From Adineta vaga (taxonomy: Eukaryota; Animalia; Rotifera), in assembly GCA_021613535.1 (NCBI GenBank), contig CP075495.1, forward strand, positions 15,810,001 through 15,874,000: 64,000 bases of DNA. Direction: 5' to 3'. The notes below the pieces were generated by a model, which was not told where the DNA came from, searched no databases, and worked only from the letters and a program-made list of their open reading frames with translations. Position numbers and translations under genes: made by a program. Below, piece by piece: positions 24,061 to 36,753 of this stretch. Each line of letters opens with the position of its first letter. Within the stretch, counting starts at the first letter, position 1.

Positions 24061-25567
24061 TGTAAACGTTAAACAGAGGATTATAGATGAAGTTAAAATG
24101 TATGATAGAAGAAATACAAAAATATTCTAAATTTGTTAATGAAAAGTTTTCAAAATAGCATAAAGTTGAACGTAATATATCTCAGTATACGATGAAATCA
24201 AATAGAATTTTTAATTTATCAGAGGTGGGCAAAGTACTAGACATGTGCAGGGGCCCCCTACCCTCTAGCAATCACACCACTTTCAAAAGACAAAAAGACA
24301 AAGAACGAAAGAAAGAAAGTACTAGTATAGTACATAATAGTAACTTATAGCATGAAAACAAACTTAGTTCGTTCTTTATTCTTCTTTATGAAGAAAAGTA
24401 AAATTTCTTTCTGAATGAATGAATGAATGAAAACTTTTCCTCACTATATGTATATATTATCTGATCATGATAGTACAGATTGATTCTTTTATCTCTACTT
24501 TGGCAATTCAATATCACAGAAATCTGAATAATCAGAATAATTTATTGAAGAAGATAAAAATAAATTCTGTCATAAATTTTAGTTCGATTAAATAAAAAAA
24601 TCGATAAAATTATTTATCAGTCATTGGAAAATATAAATGGAAGGAAATTTAAGCGACAAAATATGATCCAAGATGATTTCGAGCATAATCACGTTTAGTT
24701 AACATTGTATGATTACTCTCTAAAAGAAAATGATTTCATCATATAAAAATGAAGATATTTATGCATAGCTTGTTTTGGTTCTGATATATGTTCTTTTCGT
24801 TCACTTTCGGCAATACGTAATAGATGATTTAATTCATTTTGAACAGAAGCTTTATAAGCAACTCGAGTTTTCAATATACTACTAAAGTCAGCCGATAGTA
24901 TAAAAAAATTAAAGTATTAATGTCATTATACTTTTATACTGGCTTTAGGGAATGAATTGAGTTTCAATAAAAATAACTCTTATATATTATTAAAATATAG
25001 ATTTTTATTAAGATATCGTTCTTTATTGAATAATTATTTCGTATTTAATTCATCTGAAATAACTTTGAAAACCTTTCTTATTACATTTATGTCTTTTCTA
25101 ACAAGAAATACCTTTAGCAACATGTGACAAATCTAAGTGTTATAAAAAAAAGAAACAGAAAGAGAAAAAGAAACATGCGTTTGAGTCATCAATTTCTTGC
25201 AAATGACACAACAAAAACAAAAATATTCGTATTTTTACTATATTCATTTTTGCTTTCATATATTTCTATTCATTTTATTTTCTCTGGTAAAATCTCTTGA
25301 TAAACTGTAAGTAAATAACTTTTTTTAAAAATTAATATTCGATATTATTTTTCCAAATGACTTAGTTAAAAACAATGATTTTAAAATATCAAAGTCAATT
25401 TGAATTCTATGATTTACCAATAATATTAAGAAAGATTTATATTTCAATGAGTAAAAATTCATCCATACTACACAATTGTTTTTCTTCGAAAATTTCTCTT
25501 TCAATCTTCACTCAATAAGAGAAGACTATTGTATTTAATCTTGTATACATATGTAAAGAATTCACTT

Positions 25568-26309
25568 TTTAGTGTACTCAAAAAGTGAGTACACTACTAG
25601 AATCGGTCTGTGTGTTCGTCCGTCCGTTTACACGATAACTCTTCACAACTACATTCGATTGAGCTAAAACTTTGTGCACATAATTGTCTCATCAATATCT
25701 CGAGAAATGGCTGAGTTATAGAAAAAATTGTCATTTTTGACCAGACCATCACTGAGGGGGATACAGGGTTTTTTGAAAAAACATTTTATCTCAAAATTAT
25801 TTAAAAACTACATAAATCGACTCAGTTTTCAACGCTGATTCCGAATCTGATATCGGTTTTGAGTCAAATTGTAGCTTCCTAGTGGAAAATGCTCGAGAAA
25901 GGTCTCAAAATGCGCAAAAACTGTATTTTACCACCATATTGTCTAAATACGGCTCAGATGACCTGTAGTTTGGGTGCTTCGCAAATACTTGGTTTTCTAG
26001 GTAGTCAGAAAGACTATCGAAAGGGGAAAATCTGATCTCCATACCTATTTGATATTGACGATCTATTATGAAAATGCTGATATGTGTATCTATCATAGAT
26101 TTCTTATAGATTCATGAGGTTGCATATGACCGTTATTCCGATAGATTCAAACACAAAAATCCATTCAAAAATAAGTCATCGGAAATCTTGCTCATCGAAA
26201 AGTTTCTCATGGTAGTTTTGTTCCGTAGACATTCTAGAATGGTTTATCTCTCTCATACACTTTTTGCAGTACACATAACTCTCGGATAAAATCCGAAGTT
26301 TTCACATTT
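25568..26309 (+). mobile_element. Helentron-derived non-autonomous element (HINE/DINE-1-like), long copy
   Basis: 5' T-run, 5' hairpin AGTGTACTC-n7-GAGTACACT, GTCY-type microsatellite (GTCTGTGTGTTCGTCCGTCCGT), 3' subTIR TTTTTGCAGTACACATAA, 3' stem-loop CTCGGA-TAAAA-TCCGAAG, ending in TTT. Confidence 0.75.
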
Positions 26310-26826
26310 ATTTTAGAATAAGATTCTGCTCGATGTTTATGTTATTATTAATTAAATGTCATTCAAGGATAATTCTTTTTCTTGATAAAGCCATAAACAT
26401 ATTAGAAGATCCCCTTGAATTTTGTGAAACTCACATATATTTTTCGAAGTAAACTAAATGAGTGTAAGTTTTAAGTCGAGAAATTGTGGGTCTTCTCCCC
26501 CCTGTCCTCCATTACAAACATAGTCTCCGATGAAGGGAAGGGGGCAGGGAAACTGAAGGTCAACACACACCCTCAAAGGACATAGAAGATTCGGATCTTT
26601 AATATACGTCCATGACTATAGTCTATCATTTGATGAACTTCAAAAGTTGATTATCGACAAAAATGACAGATTTCCAAGAAGAAGAATCAGTGAGAAAATT
26701 CTTTAAACAAATCCTTTAATAACAAAGTTTTTGAGAAGAGAATATTTACAAATTTGATTATTTTATAAAAATTGAATAGGTTTTTTTTCTCAATAATATC
26801 ATTAAAGATATCGACGAAAACAAATA

Positions 26827-28309
26827 ATGATTAATATTGATCAAATTGAAAAAAATAATAATAAAAACGTTAGTAGAAAATTTATTTGAGAAAGAAAAAT
26901 CTAATTGAAATATTTTGTTCTTAAGGATGAATCAAAACGATCAAATAAAAAAACGAAAATAAAACATAATTCTTTAACTTGTGTTATTTGTGGATCATCA
27001 GCAAATGGATTTAATTTTGGTGCAATTACTTGTGAAAGTTGTAAAGCTTTCTTTCGTCGTCACGCAAGAAAATATTCTGTAAGATTAATAATTCAATTTT
27101 AAATGAAATATTATTCATTTATCTTTAGAATTCTTTTCAATGTATTTCAAAGAATAAAAATTGTCATATAACAATTGAAACACGTCGTAATTGTCCTTTT
27201 TGTCGTCTAAATAAATGTTTTGAAAAAGGAATGAAATGTGATCGACTTTCAACGGTATATTCCTTTGTTTTAAATTAATAAATAAAAAGACATTTTTTTT
27301 ATAGATTGAAGAAAAAATAACAAAACGTTATCAATTAGAAGAAAATCGAATTTCAACATTAAATTCTCAAATAAATTTCGAAGAAATTCCATTATCAACA
27401 TATTCGAATAATGTAATTCAAATTTTTTGTAAAATATTTCTAATATTTATTTGATATTTTTTAGTTAATTGTCTCAAATCTAAATAATTTTAATTTATTT
27501 CAATTTAAACCAATATTACTTAATTCAGAAGAATTTCAACGTATAGAAAATATTTCATTTTATTATCAAAATCGTATTGAAGATGGTAAATCGTAAAATA
27601 TTCTTTTCTTTTTTTTTTTTTTAAATTTCTTTTTTTAGCTAATCGTAATGGTTTACCATGGAATCCATTAATAGAAAGTAAAAGTTATTTAGATGTTCTT
27701 AATAGTCATTCTATATCAATCATGAGACTTTTATCATTTTTTAAACAAATTCCTGAATTAAATCAATTAAATCTTGACGATAAAGTTTATTTAATAAAAT
27801 ATAATATAATAACAATACTTGGAATAAATTCTTCACTTTCATTTAATATTGAAACAAATGAAATAATTGAAAGTAAATATGATTTACCATGGAATACACA
27901 ATATTTTCAAGTACTTCATGGTTATCAAATAGCAAAGAAATCCCAAGAAATCTTTAAAACATTTATAAAACTTGCAAAATATGATGAAAAAATTCTTCAA
28001 TTATTTCTTATTATAATTCTTCTTACGAAATGTTTTTTCATAACAAATGATTCGTATGAAATTTATTCGTTTAATGATGAAATATTAATTAATCGTTTAC
28101 AAAATTCTTTTATTGAATTATTATGGAAATATATGGAAACAAAATATGGTTACGAAAAATCATTTCATTTATTTACTCAATTTATTTTTCATTTTCTTCC
28201 CTGGCAAATTATTCAAGAAAATATGAGATCAAATATTATACAAACATTATCACCACAAGATATTAATCATTTATTACCAATTATTAAATCAATTTTAAGA
28301 ATTTCATAA
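26827..28309 (+). CDS. Nuclear hormone receptor, NR1I/NR1J (VDR/PXR/HR96-like)
   Basis: C4 fingers [27 protein letters not shown] and [27 protein letters not shown] signature [21 protein letters not shown]. Multi-exon. Confidence 0.92.
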
Positions 28310-29020
28310 ATTTGATTTTTTAAAAAGAACAATTTTTTTCGTGTTTCATGTTGAAATTCTTAATCAATTTATAAAAAGATTCTGAAATTTGACTAAATAT
28401 CATATTTAATGTTATTTTAATCGATTTTCTCATAATAAAATATCTTTATGTATAAAATGAGAAGATTTACATTTATTAATGGATTTTGAACATCATTCAA
28501 TTACTAAAAAAGGTTCAAGACCGAGAAAAAAAAAATCTAATCATGGTTTTGGATGCCTCATCGTTTTGGGTCCTCTATATGTGGTAAAAATTTCGATTCC
28601 ATCGACATATGAACGTTTTCGAGTTCTGAAAAAAGAAGAGGATACCCTTAATAAGTTGATATAAATCAGTAATTTTTTTCATTGATAAACAGATAAATGA
28701 TCATAACAAATATTCTCTTTCGTAACTTAGTTAAATTTTGAATTCATTTATATTATACAAATGTCATTCTTAACGAATTCATAATAATATAAGAAATAGG
28801 TAAAAATATTTACTTAATTTATCAAATACCGTTAAAATATTATTTGTTTTTTATTTTAAGTGCAAACATAGGATTCTTCTTTGAAATTATAATTATATTG
28901 AAGATTTTATTTCAGATTGAGGTAATTATGTTACATTACGACAATTGATTTTACGATTCAATTTTTTGCTTTTGATATAATAAGATCGAAAAACATGTCT
29001 TAAATATACTTATTTTTATT

Positions 29021-29100
29021 ACATACGTCCTCGCAGTAAGAATTGCTAATGTATCCGTCCTCGCAGTAGAGATTGATGACGTATGCGTCCTCGCCGTACT
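29021..29100. repeat. 30-bp minisatellite, about 2.6 copies
   Basis: CGTCCTCGC(A/C)GTA recurs at 29026, 29056 and 29086. Confidence 0.8.
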
Positions 29101-29391
29101 CACCTGTAGTATGTATATATATATATATATTCTTTACTTTGACACAGCAGTAAGTATGAATCAATTCTTCTTCTTTTATAAGTGAAGAAACATAAATATA
29201 TTCTATTTTACTTCGTAGTTCTTTTTTTTAAGATAACGAACGAGTAATTATTGAATTTTTATTTATATTTAATTCTTTGACTCTTTTCAACAATGTTTTA
29301 ACATAAAATGCAATTGTTCTAGGATGATTACATAAATAATAATTGATTAAAAACTTTTCTTCTTTTATTATTTTTTCTAGATATATTTATA

Positions 29392-32046
29392 ATGTATTCA
29401 AAGTATGTTTTTTATTTATTAAATTTTATTTCATTTTCATGTGGAATTCCCTTATCAATCTCTGATATACCTTTAATTCATATTCCTACATTATTTAATT
29501 CTACTAATGATGTTATTACCAATAACAATACATTTCCAATGACTTTGACCTTTAGTAATTCTTCAATATCTTATGTAATTCTTGATTATGGAGATAATGT
29601 CGGTGGATTTCCATTTTTTGATATTGATCAAGTAATTGGAAATTCTTCTCTTCGAGTATCGTATTCAGAAGCATTACCCAATATAATTGATGGTGATATT
29701 GAATTTTATCCATTAATACGTTCTTTCGATCCATATCGAGTGAAAATTTATGAAATTACAACTTCAAGTCATATTGAAAGTCCTCTTATTCAAGGTGCTC
29801 AACGATATCAACGTTTAACATTAACTAATGGAGGTAGTATACGTATTAGTAAATTAGGTATCAAATCTGCATATTATACAAAGGAGATTTCTTCGGCATC
29901 TGGATCTTTTTCATGTAGTTCAGAATTGTTCACTAAAATGTGGAAAATGGGCGTTCGTACTTTACAAATCAATATGATTCCTCCTCGAAGTATACCTCCG
30001 GGATTTATTGCCACAGATCAAGGTTTTCTTCTAACACCAAATCAAGCTGGTGTCTATCTACGTGGGATGCAATGGGTCAATTATACAGTTACATTTTCTA
30101 CAATGATTGTAAAAGATGGAAGTTCATTTGCGGTACGTTCAAATGATTATTCGGAAATTCTTCTTACTATTAATTCGAATGAACATTCAAATCCTAATAC
30201 TTTAATACTTAATACACGACAAGAATTACCACCTCCAGATACTTATATTTACAATATAAGTTTGCCTTTTAATATTTCTCTACTACAATGGTATAATATA
30301 AAAGCAATAGTTCAAGGTTTAACAATTCAACTTTCGATTAATGGCTTAAACGTTTCTACTATTCCGTTACCAGAATCTTCAAATCCTTACATACCTTCTA
30401 TAACACCAGGTGGTATTGCTTTTACGACTTCAAATAGTCAAGAGACATTTTTTCGTGATCTCCAAGTAATCGATCTTTCTTCGAGTAATTCGGGAACCAT
30501 ACTCTATCAAAGTTCACTTACTTCACAGCAAGCAGTCTATGATTTTGGTGTTGGTACCAATGAGTTACCCATCATTTTAGATGGTGCAAAACGTGATCGA
30601 AATGTATGGTCGGGAGATTTATTAGTTGTTGGTCCAGTACTTTATTATTCTTTCTATGAATCTGAATATGTCGCTGGCTCATTAGCACTTTTAAACAGTT
30701 ATCAGTTGACGACTGGACCAGTATCATCAAGAGTTAATGTTGGATTTCCTTTACAAAGAAGTAATCCTAGTGATGAATTTGTCACTCCAATATTTTACAG
30801 TTACACATATTTTCTCGCTAATCTCATTAGTGTAGCTGAGTATTATCTTTATACAGGTGATGTTCAATTTGTATATGATCAGTGGCCTCGAATGCAATTG
30901 TTAATGGATTTTTTTTCAAAATTAGTTGATACAAATAATCTTATTGTTGCTTCATATCCAGTGTGGGGTTACGATTATAATCCTTCTTATGGTGCATATG
31001 TAGGAAAGTTTACAAAATTGAATATACTATATGCTATGGCATTAGATGATGCGGCATCTTTAGCTGATGCTGTAAATAATAGTACTGCAGCTCTTCAATA
31101 TCGTCAACAAGCTGCAGCTGTACGAACCGCAATAAACACTCATCTCTATAATTCTACTAATAATTTTTACATGATATCAGATCAGCAAACTGCCGGCATA
31201 AGTCAAGACACTAATTCATTAGCTATTCTCTCTGGTATTGCAACTCAATTAGGTTCAAATGTAACTCAGCAATTACTCGAGCAATTGAAACAAAAACTAC
31301 GCTTATCGGGTGCTAATGGTACCGGATATATATCTACTACTTTGGATGGAATTCCTGCAGGTACTTCTGTCATAGTTTCACCATTTATTTCGTTTTTCCA
31401 TGCAACAGCAGCTTTTGAACAAGATAGAAGTGATCTTGCTTTTGATATACTTGATTCTGTATGGTCACCGATGGCTCAACCAGGTCCTTATTTTACCGGC
31501 ACATTTTGGGAATCAGAACGTCCTATTGGCTATCCTGGCGCTTCTACAAGTATGGCACATACTTGGAGCGCTGGTATAACTCCACTTTTATCCAAATATG
31601 TTCTTGGAGTCAAACCCATATCTGCTGGATATACGAAATGGTCGATTCATCCTCAACCAGGCAATCTTACATGGGCTGCAGGGAGTGTTAGTACACCTCA
31701 CGGTGCTATAACAGTGAAATGGAATAATAGCAATTCTGAATTCAAAATTGTTGTCGATATTCCTCTTTCTACAAGTGGCATTGTATACATACCTACAGAT
31801 AACAATTGCATAAAGGTCAATGAAAAAATGTTCTATATGGAATCATATGACAATTCTGTTTATGGTGTGAATAGCATTGCAAAAAATGGTAGTTATGTCG
31901 AAGTTTATATTGTCTCGTCTGGAACGTATACAATAATTACTAATGATGTATGTAATGCTTTCTCAAGTATTTTTATTCGTTCTTCAATATCGATTTATTT
32001 AATGCTATTGTGTTTATTTATGATCTCGTTTGAAGTTAACTTTTAA
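29392..32046 (+). CDS. GH78 alpha-L-rhamnosidase-like glycoside hydrolase, secreted or membrane-anchored, HGT candidate
   Basis: LDYGDNVGG, DGAKRDRNVWSGD, TGTFWE, SMAHTWSAG and WAAGSVSTPHG. N-terminal signal peptide and C-terminal hydrophobic tail. Intronless CDS, 884 aa. Confidence 0.9.
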   Translation: MYSKYVFYLLNFISFSCGIPLSISDIPLIHIPTLFNSTNDVITNNNTFPMTLTFSNSSISYVILDYGDNVGGFPFFDIDQVIGNSSLRVSYSEALPNIIDGDIEFYPLIRSFDPYRVKIYEITTSSHIESPLIQGAQRYQRLTLTNGGSIRISKLGIKSAYYTKEISSASGSFSCSSELFTKMWKMGVRTLQINMIPPRSIPPGFIATDQGFLLTPNQAGVYLRGMQWVNYTVTFSTMIVKDGSSFAVRSNDYSEILLTINSNEHSNPNTLILNTRQELPPPDTYIYNISLPFNISLLQWYNIKAIVQGLTIQLSINGLNVSTIPLPESSNPYIPSITPGGIAFTTSNSQETFFRDLQVIDLSSSNSGTILYQSSLTSQQAVYDFGVGTNELPIILDGAKRDRNVWSGDLLVVGPVLYYSFYESEYVAGSLALLNSYQLTTGPVSSRVNVGFPLQRSNPSDEFVTPIFYSYTYFLANLISVAEYYLYTGDVQFVYDQWPRMQLLMDFFSKLVDTNNLIVASYPVWGYDYNPSYGAYVGKFTKLNILYAMALDDAASLADAVNNSTAALQYRQQAAAVRTAINTHLYNSTNNFYMISDQQTAGISQDTNSLAILSGIATQLGSNVTQQLLEQLKQKLRLSGANGTGYISTTLDGIPAGTSVIVSPFISFFHATAAFEQDRSDLAFDILDSVWSPMAQPGPYFTGTFWESERPIGYPGASTSMAHTWSAGITPLLSKYVLGVKPISAGYTKWSIHPQPGNLTWAAGSVSTPHGAITVKWNNSNSEFKIVVDIPLSTSGIVYIPTDNNCIKVNEKMFYMESYDNSVYGVNSIAKNGSYVEVYIVSSGTYTIITNDVCNAFSSIFIRSSISIYLMLLCLFMISFEVNF

Positions 32047-32813
32047 GAAGAGACGTACTTTTTTCAACAATCCTATAGTGAATGATTTGTTAATGATATT
32101 TATTTTTATTGTATAAACTTATTTATATATACGTGTAGATCAACTATTACTATATATCTTTCCTACGTCAAAGTTAATGCTCATAATGAGGTAAACATAG
32201 CTTTACCTATAGGATGATACAATTATAATACATAATTCGTCCAGATAAATTGTTTGCAAAAACCTAATATCAAAGAAAATTGTCTAGCTGTGAAATCGAA
32301 TTCTGGTTCGAAGTTATCGTGTTTTAAAACTTTATCAAAAAACTTTCTATAATCGAATACATTTTTACACAATAACAATTCTTAGAGAAGGGGTATAACT
32401 ACAAAGTTTCACAACGGATCTAATGTCTATAATTCATTTCAAAATTCTATAGAGGAGAAATTTATACATGAAAAGATATATAGATAATTATAAACAATAA
32501 TCATTCTATTATTTTCGTGCAATCTGAAGTCTTCGCCACGATCAATTTTTTTCTGCAGTGGATCGTTGTTAGTACGTAATGGAAATTATCAGTATATTGG
32601 AGTATTTCCTGCTGATATTATATAAAAGTAGAAAGACCTTATGTATTTGATCTGTTTATAATAAGAGTTAATCCTTAGCTTTGTCCATAAATCTAACATA
32701 TACTGTTCGGATGGTTGTAATTGTTCTTATGATTGTCACCTTCAATATCCAACTATAAAAGAAAGAAAACCGTATTTATTTTTCACCAATTTCAATATTA
32801 TAATTATTTTATT

Positions 32814-32944
32814 ACGGTCTTATGGTCACCTGTCGGATCCGTCGAAATCCGTTTTTCGGAAACTATAGGATCCTATGTTGGATCCGATAGGATCCGCAAT
32901 CGACAGAATCCAGCATGGGATCCGATCGGATTGATCGACCTGGG
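32814..32944. mobile_element. CCCAGG-family related fragment, copy B
   Basis: GGATCC-rich island ending GGATTGATCGACCTGGG, similar to the copy A end GGATTGTTTGACTTGGG. Confidence 0.55.
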
Positions 32945-33875
32945 GGGAACACTAGACTGATTGATGAACCCGTAATACATTCAGATACGTATACAAAGAT
33001 GTTCTGAATATGCTGGCCATGATCCTTTGAATATCAATATCAGTACTTCAGTGATAGCCATTTAATCATATCTTGTCGATCTCTTTGATGAATCGATAAT
33101 ATCTAAAGAATAATTATGAATAGAAAAAAAATCAACTAATAGGAGAGGAAAAATATCTTCACTATTCGATTTTTTTTTAATAGAACTCATCGAATAATGC
33201 AAAGTTAAATATGTATTTCCAATAAAGTAGCTATAGCCAATTTTCATATGAATTTGCTTCGATACGATTTAATTGATCTATGAAATGAAGGATGAGAAAA
33301 CAACAGAAAATTGTCTCCGAGATTTATATAAAATATTTATTTGATTGATAAAGACAAAACTGATTCTAATGAATGATATGATCAATGTTTATATTCATTA
33401 AGTGAAAGTGTAGGTGTATGTACGTACATATGCACTATAAACAACCTATTAATATATTCACCCTCTCTCATTCATTACTATTTATGGACCGAACATCGAG
33501 TAACAAAGTGCAGAACGAAAACAAACTTGTCTGTTATCTATATATAACGGTCTCTCGTATTTTAATGAGAAATTAATTTTACGCTTTCGAAGATTGAATT
33601 TTCTTTTCCTTCTTTTTTTTTATTTATAACAACATGATGACAAAAATAAACAGTCTATTTTACGAAAATAAGTAACTATATAACCATTTCTATTCTTGAA
33701 AACAACTAAACTACAACTACAACGTCTATCAAACAAGGTAAGTTAAACTATCTATTGATAAAAGATGAAGAAAAAAAAATATTCCAATCTGTTTATTAAT
33801 TCAAGTAAATTTTATAATGATTAAATAAAAATCTCTTGAATATTTTAGAATTATCTTTCATAATTAATTCGAAAT

Positions 33876-34703
33876 ATGAAGAATTTTCAACATATTCATT
33901 ATGGTCGAACATTACTTGCTTATTGTGATTCATGTTATGCTATACTTGATGCTGAAAAACATCTTTATTATCAATGTTTAACATGTAATAATTATACAGT
34001 TTGTATGAATTGTATATCATTTGTACAAAATAAACATGTACCTTATCATCGTTTTATTCCTCGACGAGGAATTCCAAAAGAAATGGCATGGATACATATG
34101 AATATGGGTTTAACATGTGATATTTGTTTTCAAGTGAATTTTTCTGGTCATCGTTTTAAATGTTTGGATTGTCCTGATTTTGATGTTTGTCAACGTTGTT
34201 GTCCTATTGCTCTTCGATCACATCGTTTAAGATTAGAATCTAATCCACAAAAAGTACAAATGAATCGACAATTATTAGCTCAAAGAACGATTTGTGTTCT
34301 TACTGATCCAACTTCGTTACTTTTTGGTCAACAAAAAGATTATTTTACTGGATGGACTCTAGATGAAGCAAAAATCATTCTTGCACAACATCATCAATCT
34401 CAAAAACAACAAGGAAATATTTCAAATGAAAAGTATTCGAATTTACCACAAAGTCAATCACAACAAACAAATCGAACAGATAAACAAGGAGAAGAACATG
34501 ACCAAGAGAAAGACGAAAATAATGATAATGATAATGATATAAGTGAAAGTATTCCTGAAGAAGAGGAAGAAGAAGAAGAACATAAAAATATAAAACAAAA
34601 TGAAGAAAAAGAAAATGATCTTTGGCAAGATATTATGCGACGATTAAAAGAAATTCGTATAAAAGATAAAAGTTTAGATGAACTTGGAATTGATGATTAT
34701 TAA
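33876..34703 (+). CDS. Tandem ZZ zinc-finger protein with acidic tail
   Basis: CDSC..YQCLTCNNYTVCMNC..H..H and CDIC..RFKCLDCPDFDVCQRC..H. A probable 5'UTR intron lies at about 33738-33848. Confidence 0.85.
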   Translation: MKNFQHIHYGRTLLAYCDSCYAILDAEKHLYYQCLTCNNYTVCMNCISFVQNKHVPYHRFIPRRGIPKEMAWIHMNMGLTCDICFQVNFSGHRFKCLDCPDFDVCQRCCPIALRSHRLRLESNPQKVQMNRQLLAQRTICVLTDPTSLLFGQQKDYFTGWTLDEAKIILAQHHQSQKQQGNISNEKYSNLPQSQSQQTNRTDKQGEEHDQEKDENNDNDNDISESIPEEEEEEEEHKNIKQNEEKENDLWQDIMRRLKEIRIKDKSLDELGIDDY

Positions 34704-34820
34704 TTAAAACTAAGATTGTTTTTGAATTATAAAAATAAAAATAATTAAAATTCTTTTTTTTTGTTTTGTTCAATTAATTTATTCTTAGAAAATATTATTA
34801 AAAGAAAATGATTTAAAACT

Positions 34821-36429
34821 TTAATGCATAACAAGAAGTGTATCTGTAGCAACACCTGGAGTTTGTTGAAATGATGGATGAGCATTTCTTTGATTAAAAT
34901 CTTTTGAATCAATAACAGTTAAACCACAACTACTTATTGTTCGTGTTGGAATTAAATTTGGACTTTCTATTTCAAATAAATTTTCTTCAACATTTAAATT
35001 TGATCTGAAGAAAAGAAGAAAAGAAAAATAAATTCTACAAGTTTTTTCTTTATTTACTTATAAACGCTTTCTGATGTTGTTGATTGATTATCAATAGACA
35101 TTTGACTAATATTTTCTTGAATTAAATTTATATTCCATGAATTAAATGGATAATAATATAAAAATATAAAGATTAAAATTGAATAAAAGAAAAATAATAA
35201 AAGTATTATTAAATAAATTATTATTAAATTATCAATTAAACCAAATAATAAATATTTTATTGAATAGATTATTAATGGAAATTGACATAAAACACTTATT
35301 AAAACAAATAATATATAATAGATTAAATTATTTGTTAATGGTTTGGTTATTAAATATCGATCATCAATATTTGATAAACGAACTAACTTGAAAAAAGAAA
35401 ACACAAATATTTAATTCTTATTCTTAAAAGTAACGATCGAATGTCATATAGAGAGCTGTTCAGAAGTAAGACGATAAATTTTTAGGACTCTTTTATCCAC
35501 TGATAGATGAAAGAATATGGTCTACTCAGAATTTCAGATTTCTTTTCTCAATTTTCCTACTTGATTTGATATTTGATATTGTTTTTGAAAATAAATAAAT
35601 AAAATAAATTGAAATAATGAATGATTTGTTATTAAAATAAATAAAATTGAAATAAATAATGAAATTAATAATAAATATGAATAGAGATTTGTTATTAAGG
35701 ATATTTGTTTAAATAAAATTTCAAATGTTCCATAAAGAAATAAAATAAATAAAATTGAAATAATTAAATAAATATTTTGAATAAAATAAAATTTTTTATT
35801 TATTTTATAATAAATATTTGAATAAATAAAATAAAAACGAATTAATTGAAGAAATAAATGAAATATTTCACAAGATATTATTGATGATTTATCATTTTCA
35901 ATTATTGATATTCCATCTTTTTTTATTCGTTTCATTAAATTAAGAAATAAAAAATCAATTGATGATTCAAATATTGAACCTAAATAAAAAAAAGATTTCG
36001 ATATTTTAATTTTGATATAAAAAAAAACAATTTTTTACTTTGATCTTTAAATTGATGTTTAATTAATTGAATATCAATAAGAATTTTAGGTAAAAGAATA
36101 AGAATACCAATAAATATATCTATTAAAGATAAAAATGGAAATGATTGATAAAATCTTTGATATTTTGATAAATTTAATGGAAAATCTTCAAGACAATTTC
36201 CAAAACCATTTAATAAATGTAAAATTGTTAAAATTGATGTTAAAACAATTGTTAATGATACTATTATTAATAGATTTATAAGAATTAAATCTTTTGATTT
36301 ATCATCAATTAATGAATCAAAATAACGAATGAATCCTAAATTTGTTATATGACAATATATTTCAATTAAAAAACAAAATATTGTAAACCAAATATAGCCT
36401 AATGAGGATTTTAGTTTGAGAATTGACAT
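34821..36429 (-). CDS. Multi-pass membrane protein, tincar-like
   Basis: Spliced hydrophobic exons. SSLGYIWF, GFGNCLED, LLPKILIDIQLIKH and SCEIFHLFLQL recall the tincar family. The last exon ends TPGVATDTLLVMH*. Confidence 0.6.
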
Positions 36430-36753
36430 CGATTTTTCATTTATTGGTTGAAAAATAAAAGAGAAAGAAAGAAAGAAACAACTGATGTTAATCTTGATAA
36501 GAAATAATGATCTTTAATCCATCAAACAAATATTGAATTTATCATCGTTATTTAAACAAAAAAAAACAAATTAAAAATTAATTCTATGTAAATACATTCA
36601 AATCGATCAACAAATCTTTTGTTTTATTCTAATTAATTGACAAAACGAAATATAAAGAAAAAATATCATCGATTAATTTTCATAGATTTTGTATTCGAGA
36701 AAACGTTATTTATATCTTCTTCATTTCGTTTCATTCAATCTGATATGAATATA

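Noticed and set aside
24220-24270. hAT-like TIR CAGAGGTGGGCAAAGTA
   Set aside because: No partner TIR was found, so it is too fragmentary to call.
26485-26580. AGGTCA half-site and C/G-rich hairpin upstream of the nuclear receptor as an autoregulatory site
   Set aside because: A single hexamer is expected by chance, and there is no paired response element.
29021-29100. CRISPR-like repeat-spacer array
   Set aside because: Only three 13-bp cores, the linkers are similar to one another, the context is eukaryotic and there are no cas genes.
19318-32046. Bacterial contamination or an operon as the explanation for the intronless enzymes
   Set aside because: Base composition matches the host, there is no operon structure, and spliced animal genes and eukaryotic transposons are interleaved.
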